DNA of 64,000 bases from Picochlorum sp. SENEW3 (lineage: Eukaryota): positions 620,001-684,000 of the forward strand of contig CP120455.1 in the NCBI GenBank assembly GCA_034226945.1, given 5' to 3'. Within the stretch, counting starts at the first letter, position 1. Each line of letters begins with the position of its first letter. This document shows positions 1 to 11,236 of the stretch, in pieces. The translations under genes and the position numbers were made by a program. A model generated the notes under the pieces. The model made no database searches. It was not told the origin of the DNA and worked only from the letters and a program-made list of their open reading frames with translations.

Positions 1-448
1 TGGAGGCAGAGACAACCTTGGTCAAGGCAACAACAGATGTGATGTTTGTATTGATCATTTGAATTGCATCCTCAATGTCCACATCATCCGTGGTATATGC
101 ACCCAATGCCAATCCCGCATTATTCACAAGAATATCAACATCTCTAAACTCTCCTGGAAGAGTCTCTGGAAGCCTGACAAGCTGTTCTGTATCCCTGACA
201 TCCAATATAATACTGTGCACAGGGACTGTTGGATAGGTTTGTTGAATATCCCGTTTCAACGCTTCCAAACGATCAGCTCGTCTTGCTAGGATGATGAGTT
301 TACATCCTGCATCTGCAAATCTCCAAGCACAGGCTTCACCAATGCCAGAAGACGCCCCTGTGATTAGGACAACCTTGTCCTGGATGCTGTAGGGCTTGTA
401 AGGCTGTCTCACAGAACTGCCCAGCTGTTGCGATTGTTCCTCAAGCAT
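1..448 (-). CDS. Short-chain dehydrogenase/reductase (NADP-dependent, YdfG-like), runs off the left edge
   Basis: Manual minus-strand translation from ATG 448: MLEEQ...DKVVLITGASSGIGEACAWRFADAGCKLIILARRADRL...DVDILVNNAG. Has the classical SDR TGxxxGIG and NNAG motifs. Not in the ORF track because it is open at the edge. Confidence 0.9.
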   Translation of the reverse strand, partial: MLEEQSQQLGSSVRQPYKPYSIQDKVVLITGASSGIGEACAWRFADAGCKLIILARRADRLEALKRDIQQTYPTVPVHSIILDVRDTEQLVRLPETLPGEFRDVDILVNNAGLALGAYTTDDVDIEDAIQMINTNITSVVALTKVVSAS

Positions 449-683
449 TGCTGACGATGCGTGCCTTGTCTACCTTGACGTGTTTTAAATATGTAAATGT
501 CCGTATCGATTGGACCAAGGGCGTCGTGTGGATGATCATCGCCCATCTAGAAGAAGCAGAGAGTCCGTAAATCAAACAATAAAAAACAAGTAGAGATCCC
601 TTCAAGGACAAACTGGTTGATTTGTTTTGTCTTCCGCCATCGGACGTTGACTTCATCGCACATTGATTTTAATAGATTATAGG

Positions 684-1220
684 ATGAAAGGATTATATAG
701 ACAATGCATGCGAGTAGGCATGCGTTGTATCGAAGCAGGTAAAGGAGGAAACAGTCTTGTCTCAACGCTTCCAGGCGAGTGGCACCTGGCCCGATCTTTT
801 GCAGCAAAAGCGAATAAAAGTAGCTCTAGTAGTAGCAGTAAAGACGATTTCAGTGATAAAAAGGGGAAAATGCAGGTTTTGATAGATGCGCTCTCGCCCC
901 CACAGACGAAGCGGGAGTTTACTGAAGAGGAACTGTTGGATGCGGCTGCAAGGGCCAAGGAGTTTAGTAGGCAGAAGATGAGACAGCATAGAGCATGGCA
1001 GGCGCAGTTCATGGCCAAGGTGAAGCTTCGGGATGCGGCTGTCGCAGCACTGCCAAACCAGAGGCTTCGAGATGCAGCCATGACGATGGATCTCACACCA
1101 TTTCCGTCTAATCGACAGGTGTGGGTGGAGACTCCTCCTCTAGAGACTGATGATTTGAAAACTATGGAGAAGGAGAGTTCTCGAAAGAGAAGACGGAAGA
1201 TAGGAACGAAGAATTTATAA
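684..1220 (+). CDS. Probable mitochondrial ribosomal protein mL40 (MRP-L28 family)
   Basis: Basic presequence-like N-terminus; helical domain ...AAVAALP..LRDAAM..DLTPFP..RQVWVETPP resembles mL40. ATG at 684. Confidence 0.6.
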   Translation: MKGLYRQCMRVGMRCIEAGKGGNSLVSTLPGEWHLARSFAAKANKSSSSSSSKDDFSDKKGKMQVLIDALSPPQTKREFTEEELLDAAARAKEFSRQKMRQHRAWQAQFMAKVKLRDAAVAALPNQRLRDAAMTMDLTPFPSNRQVWVETPPLETDDLKTMEKESSRKRRRKIGTKNL

Positions 1221-1279
1221 GAGTTGCATAAGATGTTGTCATGTGACATGAGGGGACAATAGAAAAAAATGACTCGTAT

Positions 1280-3327
1280 TTATGTAATAACAGTTGGTTT
1301 ATCCCTTCCTGTGAACTCTTGCAAACGAGATGTTTCGAGTGCAGCATTGATAATATCTTTAAGGGCATCCTGGGCGTCCAACTCGAACTTTGAAGCATCC
1401 TTGGTGTATGTCTCAATGTACATGCGAATGGTTGCACCAGCAGATCCGGTTCCTGAGAGTCTAAAAATGATTCTTGATCCATCCTCGAACACAAATCTGA
1501 TACCCTGGTTCTTTGCCACTGATCCATCGATTGGATCTGTGTAGGTGAAGTTATCAGCGGTGTCAATCTTGAATCCGCAGATGGCATCACCCTTGTTTGC
1601 TGAGTCCACAATCTGCTGGAGATGGGCCATCATTTTATTGGCAGACTCGCTCTCAACTCCCTCATAATCATATCTACTGTAGAAATTGCGACCAAACTTC
1701 TTCCAATGATCGTTCACAATGTCTTTAATAGATACCAGACTGCCTTCAGGTGCATTTTCATTCTTCTTGGCCAGAATAGACAACCATGCAAGAACAGCCC
1801 AGAGTCCATCCTTTTCTCGTACGTGGTCCGCGCCGGTTCCGAAACTCTCCTCTCCACAGATGGAGCATTTATCAGCATCCATGAGATTGCCGAAGAATTT
1901 CCATCCGGTTGGGGTTTCGTAGAATGGAATGCCCATGTCATTGGCAACATTGTCCAATGCAGCACTTGTTGGCATGGATCGTGCAACACCCTTCAATCCA
2001 TTCTTAAAGTATGGAATGCACTCTTGTGCATTCGCAGCAATAACAGCCACAGAGTCAGAGGGTGTAACGAAGAAATTATTTCCCAAAATCATATTTCTGT
2101 CACCATCTCCATCGGATGCAGCTCCAAAGGTTGGAGCATTGCTGGAAAACATGATATCTACCAACTCCTTGGCGTATGTCAGATTTGGATCTGGGTGGCC
2201 TCCTCCAAAATCTTCCAATGGAACACTATTTCGAATGCTGTCGGCAGGAGCTCCAAGAGCATCCACAAACAATGGTTCTGCATAAGCTCCAGTGATGGCA
2301 TGCATAGCATCAAAAACAAACTTGACATCAGACCTGCTCACAAACTTCTTCAGAGCATCAAAATCAAAGACCTCCTTCAAGGTATCAAAATATTCCTTTG
2401 TATAATCCACCACCTCGACTTCAAAATCTCCAAAGCGAGTCACACCAACAGATGACAAGTCAATATCTGGAATATCAGCCACCATGAGTTCAGAAATGGA
2501 CTGGGTGAATCCAAAAATCTTATCGGTAATCTTCTCTGGAGCTGGTTCTCCTGAAGAGTAATTAAACTTGATTCCCCAATCTTCATCTGGGCCAGCAGGA
2601 TTGTGAGATGCACTCATGATCAGCCCTCCATACAATCCTCGCTGCCTGATTAATGCAGACATTGCTGGAGTCGCCATGAAACCATTCTGTCCAACCACAA
2701 CCTTCTTTACTCCGTTCCCAGCTGCCAGCTTCAAGATAATCTGGACAGCTTGTTTATTGAAGTAGCGCCCATCTCCTCCCAGACCAATTGTTTGACCCTT
2801 TGCTTCATCACCAAGGGCCAGGAAGAGAGATTGAATCCAGTTGGCCAGATAATTCTCTGACATGAACACATGCGTCTTCTTACGAAGACCGCTTGTTCCA
2901 GTCTTCTGCCCATCAATTGGTTTGGTGGCAACCTTGTTGACAGTAAAGGTATCCATAGCAGCACGACACAATACACCAGCAGCAAGTCTTTGTTGTTGGT
3001 CAGAAGAAACACCACGCTGTTGCAACGATTTCTTTTGATATCTGCGGCACATTGTTGAACTTGTTGGTTAAAAGTGTCATCAAATCGATTGTATTCTGCT
3101 ATAAACGCGTATGTAAGGGTTGATGGGTATGCCGAAGGAACACGCCAACTCGGATGACCCCTAGAGCCAAGCCTGGTAGAACGACCCAAGCATGCAGATT
3201 CCCCACAAACGCACCTTCTAGAGCGATGGATCGATCCAAACTTCTGATTTAATGATGATACAGTAGCAGTTGTACGTGTAATACCAGATGATGACCTGTT
3301 GGGTATAAGAGTAGACAGATTCGACAT
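1280..3327 (-). CDS. PGM: Phosphoglucomutase, plastid-targeted; exons 3327-3215 and 3041-1280
   Basis: Motifs [20 protein letters not shown] and CGEESFG. A Ser/Thr/Arg-rich transit-peptide exon is joined in frame by GT-AG intron 3214-3042. Confidence 0.95.
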
Positions 3328-4118
3328 TGAAAGATAATGGTCTACCGCAAACAGCGTATTAGTACCTCAATGAGGTCGAATGTTGTTAATAATAACGCTA
3401 CAATGAATTCTAATTGAATCTTAATGCTCCACGATTGGTCTATTCCCGTCCTAGATCAGGTCGTCAATGCACCAAACCTGATCATGATAGATCTAGATCT
3501 CTAAAGATCTCATAGATGGTCGTATACATTGTATGGTCAATAAAAGGCAGTCAATCACAGACTCGCAGCACTCGACTCGGCGGAATATGTTACCGTAACT
3601 TTGCTTGGATACAACGTATCAACCTGAGAGGTCCATTGCAACAGTTCATGAGCAGAATACATGCATGCCCATCTGCAGTATATATACTCTGGACAATATA
3701 TTGACCCATCCAAGCCACTCTCCTGCGTCTTCAAAGATTTCAAGCACATTTCTACCAACATCCCTCCAGCCGCACTATGAGGCTGATTCCCGTATGAGAT
3801 GATCAGATATATTCTAGGAATATCAAGAATGCAGAGAGAGCATCCATTCGTTGTATACGTCGTCGGAAAGAAACTTCTGCACCAGATTATGTCAGCATCC
3901 GGGTTTGGACGAGAACTGCCGGTCGGACCAACGCATCATCAGGAACTGACCTCCTCTCAGTTGCAGATGCCATCGAACTGCGTCATTATTTTGGGTTACA
4001 GCCATTAGTTACACTAAAGAACTACCAATTATATACTTCTCAAGGAAAAGGAAATTCCTTTCAGGAGATACGCGTTCATTCGATATCAATCATGCAGGAC
4101 GCACACGTGATAGTAGGC

Positions 4119-5002
4119 ATGTACGTCAGAGCGACGGCGCTGGTCTCTTTACTTCTTTGTTCTTCCCTCGTTGGTGCTGGGTACGCCTGTTTCACTTGAA
4201 AATCGGCTTATGTAACAATAATTCATTTATGGTTTCGACAAGCTGGACGTTATTCCGGGCAGTCATGTGCCCTTTGCGAATCGACCGACGATTGGTAATC
4301 CTTCTGTGCAGTGCAAACGATTGCTCAGGTCAAACAGGGAGAGTTGTGGTTCCCAAAAAGAGCGGAGAGGATATCCTGTATACTTGGTATTCAGAGCTTC
4401 TGTACGATTCTTTTGAAGAAGCAAAGAAAAAATGCTGCGAGATGTGCGAGTTGTACAGGCCTCCTTGCACCACCTATCACGTGATCCAGCTGGAAGAGGA
4501 AAAGGACAACTATGCTTCAGGCCGAGCGCAATGCCTGCTCTACCAAGGAAAGCCAAGGATTCAAGAATGCAATTCTTCGGGCTGCCCAGTGACGAATGGA
4601 GCAAACGGGTTGTCTTCAAGTACATCAAGATCCGCCAACTATGTTGGAAGAATGGATGGTAAAGAACCAAAATGTGGGTATGCTGTGTTTCCCACAGACA
4701 GGGATTACGAGTTTTTAGGCTATCGAGGAAACAATGGTTTTGCCTACAAAGAGTTCAAATCCAGAGGAAATTTACACAAGGTGGCAAAGAATGTCCGATC
4801 TGTTAAAAGCTGCTTTCAAAAATGTGTCAATGATGATGACTCTGAGTGCGAGTCGTTTACCTATGATACAAAGAAGAAACGGTGCAGGATGAACAAGGGA
4901 GGATACATCTATGTCAAGGGTGAAGACGAAGAGTTCTTGAGCAAATTTTGCGAGTCTTCCGACAGATATGTGTCAGGGTTTATTGTGGATGAGTATGATT
5001 GA
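4119..5002 (+). CDS. Secreted Cys-rich protein with two PAN/apple-like domains (paralogue 1); intron 4181-4311
   Basis: Signal-peptide exon MYVRATALVSLLLCSSLVGAG splices in frame to ANDCSG. C-terminal SCFQKC...CESFTYDTKKKRCRM fits the PAN/apple pattern. Confidence 0.75.
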
Positions 5003-5349
5003 ACAGGACTGCTTGTAGTCCTGTCTGTATCAATGGCACTCACTCGCAACCTCATTATTATGAGAAGCGAGCGCAGACCTAGATCTTGAAGGATATTGGA
5101 GTATTTCTTGCCCGTGTAACAAATCATGAGCATCAGGTAGTCAGTGACAGATCTGTCGATGGGTCTAGACTCATCGGCCTACTCATAAGGCTCACAGGAA
5201 TTACTGCCCCACGTTTGGAGTACACGTGACACCAACGACACCCGACTGAAATACACGAATCAAAAAACAAATCCCCAAGTCATCATCAATACGTCGTACC
5301 GATAAAAAGAAAATTTCTTTCTTTATGTAAACGCGTTCATTCTATATAA

Positions 5350-6279
5350 ATGATGCATGGCCTGATAGCAGCCACTTGTGGGGGACACGAGCACGTGCGG
5401 GCCACGGCACTCGTTTCTCTACTTCTTTTTTCCTGTATTCTGGGGGCTCGGTACGCCATAATATTGTTTTGACAAGTGACGATATGTTCCCGAGATAAAC
5501 CGAAAGAGATTACGGGTTTTTTTGAATAGCTTGGTGGATCAGCCGACTGAGAGTCCCGTTACGCAATGCGCAGTGCAGATGATTGCTCCGGTAAGCCAGG
5601 AAGGGTCGTGATTCCACGGAAGAATGGGCAGGACAATGTGTACGCATGGGACTCATATCTTCTCCTGTATGATTCATTTTCAGAGGCAAAGAAAAAATGC
5701 TGCGAGATGTGCGAGTTCTATAGGCTACCTTGCACCACCTTTCATGTGATCCAGTTGGAAGAGGATGAGGACAGCTATGCTTCAGGCCGAGCGCAATGCC
5801 TGCTCTACCAAGGAAAGCCAAAGATTCAAGAATGCAATTCTTCGGGCTGTCCAGTGACGTTGGGAGAAAACGGTTTATCGTCTAGCACATCACTTTCTGA
5901 CAACTATGTTGGAACAATGGATGGAAAGGAACCAAAATGTGGGTATGCTGTGTTTCCCGGATACAAGGATTACAAGTTTTTAGGGTACGGAGGTTTTAAC
6001 GGTTTTGCCTTCAAAGGGTTCAAATCCAGAGGAGGATTGGAAACCGTGGCAAAGAAAGTCAGATCGCTCAAAAGCTGCTTCCGAAAGTGTGTCGATAAAG
6101 AGAATGCTGATAATGATCTGGAATGTCAATCGTTCACCTATGATACAAAGAAGAAACGGTGTAGGTTGAATAAGGGAGGATATATCTATGTCTTGGGCGA
6201 AGACAAAGAGGATTTGAGCAAATTTTGCGAGTCTTCCGAAAGATATGTATCAGGGTACATTGTGGATGAGTATGAATGA
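5350..6279 (+). CDS. Secreted Cys-rich PAN/apple-like protein (paralogue 2, tandem duplicate); intron 5451-5573
   Basis: Same exon structure as paralogue 1 (..VRATALVSLLLFSCILGA|..ADDCSG) and a highly similar protein. Confidence 0.75.
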
Positions 6280-6556
6280 CCAGGACTGCTTATAGTCCTG
6301 TCTGCATCAGTGGCAGTCATCCTCCACGACGTGATCATGAGAAGCGAGCGCAAATCTGCCATGGAAAACATAAATGTAATATTTTGAGTACATATAACAG
6401 AAGATCCGCTCGACGAATGACCATGTGAACACAATATTTCTCCGTTTTCAATCGCAGAAACAGATGTGCTGTCGTGAATTGCATCCTGTACTACGCTCAG
6501 GTTTCCAATTTTGTATAAGGAATAGATTACACATAACCAGAAGACATTGCTTTGCC

Positions 6557-7836
6557 ATGAATCAATACAAGCAAAGGATGAATTCAGGATTCAGTGCGTG
6601 GGGCCGCTCGGCGTGTGGTCGACACCCTCCTGTTGGAGCGATTCAACCAAAAAGACACAGTCAAAGGACATTCAATAGAACATTTGCATCATTTGTTGAA
6701 GAAGCGGTGCTTGTTCAGGAACAGGAGGAGCATGTATATGGATACCAAGGTGCTCAACACCTGTCAGAAGAAGACTTGGTTTTATACCCAGAGGCACCCA
6801 GTGTACAGCAACAGTGCGCGTTACGGCTAGGGTATACCTGTGACAATCTTCTATTGAAGAGGACAAAAAAGATTCATACGAGTCGGGGCTGTATCAAAAA
6901 GACATTTGAGGAAAAGGGGTTGGCTCATGTGAGTCAATTGGCCTTGGCCAATTGTTTGGATCTGCTTGAATTGCTCGCGTGGAATCACGCGCATGGTATT
7001 CATCTGTATAGGATGACAAGTAAACTGTTCCCATGGGCTGGTCATTATGAATTAGAAGAGCTTCCCGAGTATGAATTGATTTGTGCAGCATTGAGTGCTG
7101 CTGGGGAGGTGGCGCGCGCAGCTGATCAGAGGATAACAAATCATCCATCACATTTCATCAAATTAGCATCATCAAATGAGAATATTATTGATTCGAGTAT
7201 TAAAGATTTAGAGATTCAGTCCCGCGTGTTTGACCTGATGGGATATGCACCCTCACATTGGAATAAGGTATGTGTGTATGGAAGAGTCTCTATATATATA
7301 GAGTACAAGGAAAAGAAGACCATGTTTGATGATTGGGGATCAATCCATGTATGCAGATTAATATTCACGTTGGTGGTGTGTATGGGAACAAGAAGAAAAC
7401 ATTGGATAGATTTACAGAAACTTTCCATGAGAGACTGAGCGACTCGTTGAAAGCAAGGCTTGCCGTAGAAAATGATGACGTCCCTAATAGTTACAGCGTA
7501 GATGATTTACTACTTCTCCATAAAAATACAGGGATCCCGATAACATTTGATTTTCACCATCATCAGTTCTGTCCTGGAACCATGTCACAGAAAGAGGCGT
7601 TTGAAACTGCCATGTCAACATGGCCAGAAGGTATCAAGCCTGTGGTGCACTGGAGCGAAATGCCAGAATGTCCACAGCGCCGGAAGACCCATCCTCACTC
7701 TCACTCTAACTTTATATACGGACCTATCGATCTATACGGGTATGAAGACCATGTAGATGTGATGATTGAGAGTAAAGCAAAGGAAGCTGCATTGTTATTA
7801 TATAGAGATAAACTTCATCTTCAGCGACATGCGTGA
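6557..7836 (+). CDS. uvsE: UV-damage endonuclease (UVDE/UvsE family); intron 7268-7356
   Basis: Motifs RLGY.C, LYRMTSKLFPW, HPSHF, INIHVGGVYG, RLAVENDD, FDFHHH, HWSE, HSHS and DVMIESKAKE. The intron joins the two ORF-track frames. Start position uncertain. Confidence 0.92.
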
Positions 7837-7861
7837 TACTGTAAAAGTACTGAAATCATTA

Positions 7862-8646
7862 CTACACGCTGTTAGAGTAGCGTGATTCTCCCATTGAGGA
7901 TGGTATCACTTGCTCCTTTGGACTTGCATTGTGTATTGAAGAGGCCCACATTTTTGAATTCACAGATGTGACCTTGTCACGGCCAACACCTGTATCATCC
8001 TTTTTCTGCTTTTTTCTTTCTGGCAATGCATCATTTGCATCTCTGCTTTTACGACGCATATAGTGACATACCTTGCGTGCAACACCATCAAGAAATGCAT
8101 GACTTGCCATCTGCCGTGCTAGTTGTGATTCGAAGCGACGCATGACAATCTGCTGTGACACGTGCGCTCGTGCAGCACAATACTTTTCACTCTCATCAAT
8201 CTTCTTAACAAGATTGTCAACTTTTTCACACAGCGCATCCAGCTTTTCCTGAAACTGCTCAGACTGTTTGCTCCCAACACCATGTGAGTCTGGAGATGAC
8301 ACCATGGAAGGGTAGGGTGCCACTTGGAGATTTTGCAACAGCTTGCTCGCAATCTATAATATATCACAAAATATGAGCTGGAAACAGATGATTCCAAAAT
8401 GCGCGTGCAGCACCTCACAACCTCACACACCTGCTGTGACCCTTGACTATACTGGAAACTCGACTTTTGCATATCCATCTCAGCATCCTTCTGTGTACCA
8501 ATCTTAGAAAAAGGAGATGCCCATTTTTGTCCCATAAAAAACGATTTCTGAGACCCGTTTCCGTCCCCTGAAGGGTCGGCCGACTGCCAAGGTGCCGAAA
8601 ACGCTCTCTGCTGCGTCTTTGACGCCATTGCCCCAGGAGCAGGCAT
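7862..8646 (-). CDS. Hypothetical S/T-Q-rich coiled-coil nuclear protein (about 235 aa); intron 8430-8354
   Basis: Two overlapping ORFs join in frame through CAG|GTGTGT...TATAG|ATT. Contains a coiled coil and the NLS-like ERKKQKK. Confidence 0.65.
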
Positions 8647-8985
8647 CTTCCTTGATTGATTGATTGAATTTTAGAGTTTAATATACTATGAATTTAATCT
8701 AAAGCAAGGTGGGACTGTGGGAATGATACCAGATACTACTTCAACTCGAACGTGCATGAGGTCATGCAATCCCATTGTCTCGTCCCATCCCCACGTTTGT
8801 TCCATGGGCCACACACACGCATGTATACGTGGCACGCCTTCGTATTTGGCTAGAAGATCGGCCTTGTCCAAGAAAACCTTGAAACGCGTCAATCTCAAAT
8901 AAACGTATGGCAACCCAGAAACACATTCCAATAAAGATACAAACTGTTGTAGTAGTAGCCAGTGTAGATACAGATATATTCCGTC

Positions 8986-9417
8986 ATGGGCCGATCATCT
9001 CTGTTCGTGGCACTCTGTGTGTTTGCCTGTTCGACCTTGCTCGTCAACACGGCTGTTGCTCTCAAAGACCCACAGTACATCTGCATCAACGGTGTCTGTG
9101 CTGTCTGTCCGAAAGCATGCGAGAATATCAGTCTCGGAAACGCACCGTTGAATGTGTCAGACCCATCCTGGTACAGTACATGTGTATGCTCAGGGTCCTG
9201 CGAACCCCAGGAATGCAATGTATCTGACACAATCATGTCCAAAGTATCTGATGCATTAGGTGCAGCTGCAGATGCTACGAAGAGTGGGCTTGAGACGGCT
9301 GTCGATGCTACAAAGAAGGGAGTTGGGGTGGCTGTGAATGCGACAAAGAATGGTTTGGAAACTGCTGCCCAGAAGACTAGCGACGTCTTTCAGGATGTAT
9401 CAGACTTTTTTGGATGA
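8986..9417 (+). CDS. Small secreted protein with a Cys-rich domain and 11-mer amphipathic (LEA/apolipoprotein-like) repeats
   Basis: Signal peptide, 8-Cys domain, then ATKSGLETAVD / ATKKGVGVAVN / ATKNGLETAAQ. Confidence 0.7.
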   Translation: MGRSSLFVALCVFACSTLLVNTAVALKDPQYICINGVCAVCPKACENISLGNAPLNVSDPSWYSTCVCSGSCEPQECNVSDTIMSKVSDALGAAADATKSGLETAVDATKKGVGVAVNATKNGLETAAQKTSDVFQDVSDFFG

Positions 9418-9835
9418 TACAGTGAGATTCTGATTCTAGTCTCACTATGAATATATCATATGATTGCATGATTCGAAAGCCAAAAGTGTACATCAAACTC
9501 ACACAGATACATGCATGCATCTTACCCTTCTCCGGAAAAGAAAACAATTGTGATAACACTATCATCATACCATCGTTGTAGAACACATTATGTAACTCAT
9601 GAAAATATTAGCAAGAAGAAGAAGACGATGGCGTTGCACGTTGTATTTTCTAGAGAAAAACTTTGACAAACCCACCAGTCAAAAATGGTGCCATCATCGA
9701 AAGAGGGTTCAAAAAATCTCTCGTCGCTCCATGCCATGGTTCACACATGCCAATGGTCTGTACCTCATCTGCACAGATGAAAAATTGTAAACATTTTTTG
9801 AAAAGCACTGGTAGGCATTCGAATACTACAACCAT

Positions 9836-10696
9836 GTGCGAATAAACCAGAGACGGATACACACAAGGTACAGAATGACCCACCTCCGCCAATCTGTCTT
9901 TGGGTCGTATGGTGGGCACCTTTGTTGCCATTCATGTCACTATCAAAAAGCATTTGATGCTTCAAAGAAGAATTCACTCTCAAGATATAGAGGTGTTAGG
10001 TCTTTGAGCTCTAGGACGTCTCGGCGCCATTTTTGTCGAGCGAGTGTGACTGATAAACCGGTCCATGCACCTTCTGCTTCAATAGAATACGGTCAAGTGA
10101 CTATAACGTTTAGAGTCTATAAATGCTGTGAGTTTGGGAGTGGAGTCTGTGTTGTGGGGAACCTGCCAGGTCTGGGGCAGTGGGATGCTGAGCAGTCCCT
10201 CAGCCTTGAATGGAACGATGGTCACGTGTGGACGGGTCATGTGCACGTGCCTCTGGATAGATTACTGTCGGTATCACCAGGTGTAGAATATAAATATGTC
10301 GTGCGATCGCACGAGGCCATGGGAGATGTGGAGTGGATGCCTGGAGAGAATTTGCATATTCCTCAGGTGGAGTATGGCACTACCGCTCTCACCGTACATG
10401 ATACGTGGGGCATTGGGTACCGAGAAATACAGGTAGAAAGACTAGCAGAAGAACGTATGCAAGAAATGATTCGACAGGAAGAAAGGACGACTCGGAAAGC
10501 ACTGGATGGCATGGTGACAAATGCAATCCGGGAACTATCAGAAACTGCAACCTACTGTGAACGCATCTTGAATTCAACCGACGATATTGCATGTGACATT
10601 GTACTTAATGCAGATCGAGAATTAGCAGCGTGTTCCAACAGGGCAACACAGCTGCTTCGGGCAAACAATGCCTTGTTCTATTTGGACAGTGTATAA
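9836..10696 (+). CDS. Starch-binding CBM20 domain protein, probably plastidial
   Basis: FG..V.VVGN.P.LGQWD....L.W..GHVW...EYKYVV...W.PGEN is the CBM20 pattern; transit-like N-terminus. Confidence 0.85.
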   Translation: MRINQRRIHTRYRMTHLRQSVFGSYGGHLCCHSCHYQKAFDASKKNSLSRYRGVRSLSSRTSRRHFCRASVTDKPVHAPSASIEYGQVTITFRVYKCCEFGSGVCVVGNLPGLGQWDAEQSLSLEWNDGHVWTGHVHVPLDRLLSVSPGVEYKYVVRSHEAMGDVEWMPGENLHIPQVEYGTTALTVHDTWGIGYREIQVERLAEERMQEMIRQEERTTRKALDGMVTNAIRELSETATYCERILNSTDDIACDIVLNADRELAACSNRATQLLRANNALFYLDSV

Positions 10697-10795
10697 CCAT
10701 TATTATTATTACAAAGATACATCATGCAATCACATACTAATAACAAAGATGGAATGAAATCAATCTCCTCTCACCATCAAGATGATCCAATGTTC

Positions 10796-11236
10796 TTACA
10801 TTCCTTCTGTCATCTGTACAACCTCATCAATGGTAATCTCCTGCTCATCTCCTCTAAAATCGTTATCCTCTGTCAAGAATAACATGCAATGGCACTCTTT
10901 TCTCTCTCTCATAGGAACGCATGGGCAATTCCAGAATCCCTGGTCAGCCTCAGCCTGCTTGTCGTCATAATGCCTGCAAGGACACAATGGGGCACCCAAC
11001 TCATCCTTGTGCTCTGCTAACCCTTTGATAACCACAGCCGTCACGGACTTGTCCATACAAAAGTATGTACCGGATCTCTTTGCATACTGCTCTGAAAACT
11101 TGCGCATAATTTCGAGTGACTTGGAGGTGGTCTCCTGAGACATGGCTCTGACGGAGACGAGGGACCGACCACGCCTCGTTGCTCGCCTGCCTCCGACCAC
11201 AGGCAAAGCCGTCACTGGTGCTACCATAGACATCAT
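10796..11236 (-). CDS. FTRC: Ferredoxin-thioredoxin reductase catalytic subunit
   Basis: CPCRHY, CPC and CHC motifs; transit peptide. Confidence 0.97.
   Translation of the reverse strand: MMSMVAPVTALPVVGGRRATRRGRSLVSVRAMSQETTSKSLEIMRKFSEQYAKRSGTYFCMDKSVTAVVIKGLAEHKDELGAPLCPCRHYDDKQAEADQGFWNCPCVPMRERKECHCMLFLTEDNDFRGDEQEITIDEVVQMTEGM

Larger units (their letters stand above)
4040..6360 (+). repeat. Tandem gene duplication, units about 4040-5090 and about 5300-6360
   Basis: Alignable upstream segment (ACGCGTTCATTC), exons and about 78 nt after the stop; introns strongly diverged. Confidence 0.85.

Noticed and set aside
3451..3463. 13-nt match CTAGATCAGGTCG to the reverse complement at 22716-22728 as a shared promoter motif
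   Set aside because: A single 13-mer match is expected by chance in a window this size.
4993..5006. GTATGA...AG 14-nt micro-intron spanning the stop codon in both PAN paralogues
   Set aside because: It is far shorter than every other intron here (about 65 nt or more) and most likely a coincidence inherited through the duplication.
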